The notes below the pieces were generated by a model. The model was given only the letters and a program-made list of their open reading frames with translations, made no database searches and was not told the origin of the DNA. From Octopus sinensis (lineage: Eukaryota), in the NCBI RefSeq assembly GCF_006345805.1, contig NC_043014.1, positions 39,308,001-39,372,000 on the forward strand: a stretch of 64,000 nt of DNA. Reading direction: 5' to 3'. The position numbers and the translations under genes were made by a program. This document shows, one piece after another, positions 63,605 to 64,000 of this stretch. Position 1 is the stretch's first letter. Every line of letters starts with the position of its first letter.

Positions 63605-64000
63605 GGTACCAAACTATATATCTCCCCTGGTAATTGATTTCGCTGAATGTGAAATTCTTTAACCAGTAGTATACCTATGTTACTGTTAATTACATAGTGA
63701 TATAAGCTGTTGGTATTGCTGCATTACATATTATAATCGTGATACAATGCATGACCTCATTATAAGACTTGACCGTACTCTCTCATTTACATGTATATGT
63801 ATGAGTACAGTATAAAGCTCGTCCATCTTCAGATTTCACCCTGTGCTTTCCAGGTTTGCGTTTGGGCATCTGTCATGTGTGCATAGATGACTGAAAAAAT
63901 TTGGAATCAACTGCTAAGTCCAGACCACCAAAGACAGAGAGGATATACTTTTGAAGCAGAGAATTTGAATTTACGTAGACAATATTTACATATCGCCTGA

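Noticed and set aside
61840-64000. Possible bidirectional promoter: minus-strand donor at 61848, plus-strand donor near 62393, acceptor at 63853 and a 37-codon ORF at 63887-64000
   Set aside because: Isolated splice-like motifs and a short ORF without homology are too weak without transcript data.

Overview
AT-rich, microsatellite- and SINE-dense animal genomic DNA, very probably an octopus or other coleoid cephalopod (inferred from repeat families and composition, not from a search). Two complete spliced genes were reconstructed by hand with in-frame GT-AG junctions. RPS19 (+, 6 coding exons, 3156-12229, 157 aa) hosts five intronic box C/D snoRNAs: four snR38/SNORD1-type 28S guides and one mgU6-53/SNORD8-type U6 guide. 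An SLC16/MCT-family transporter (-, 6 coding exons, 46957-20788, 582 aa) lies convergent to it. The rest is transposon debris (CR1/L2, RTE and REL-type LINEs, tRNA-derived SINEs, mariner, hAT, piggyBac and Merlin-like MITEs, Helitrons) plus a ~5 kb (CATA/CATG)n array. The most unusual signal is a set of small (TA)n-embedded modules carrying type I hammerhead-ribozyme cores (CUGANGA...GAAA...NUH), like those of Penelope-like-element pseudo-LTRs. Several occur as long inverted repeats or near-perfect palindromes that fold back at, or around, the ribozyme. One 2.3 kb train of such modules is bracketed by a 188 bp duplication of host sequence. Ribozyme activity, snoRNA expression and family names are inferred from motifs only.
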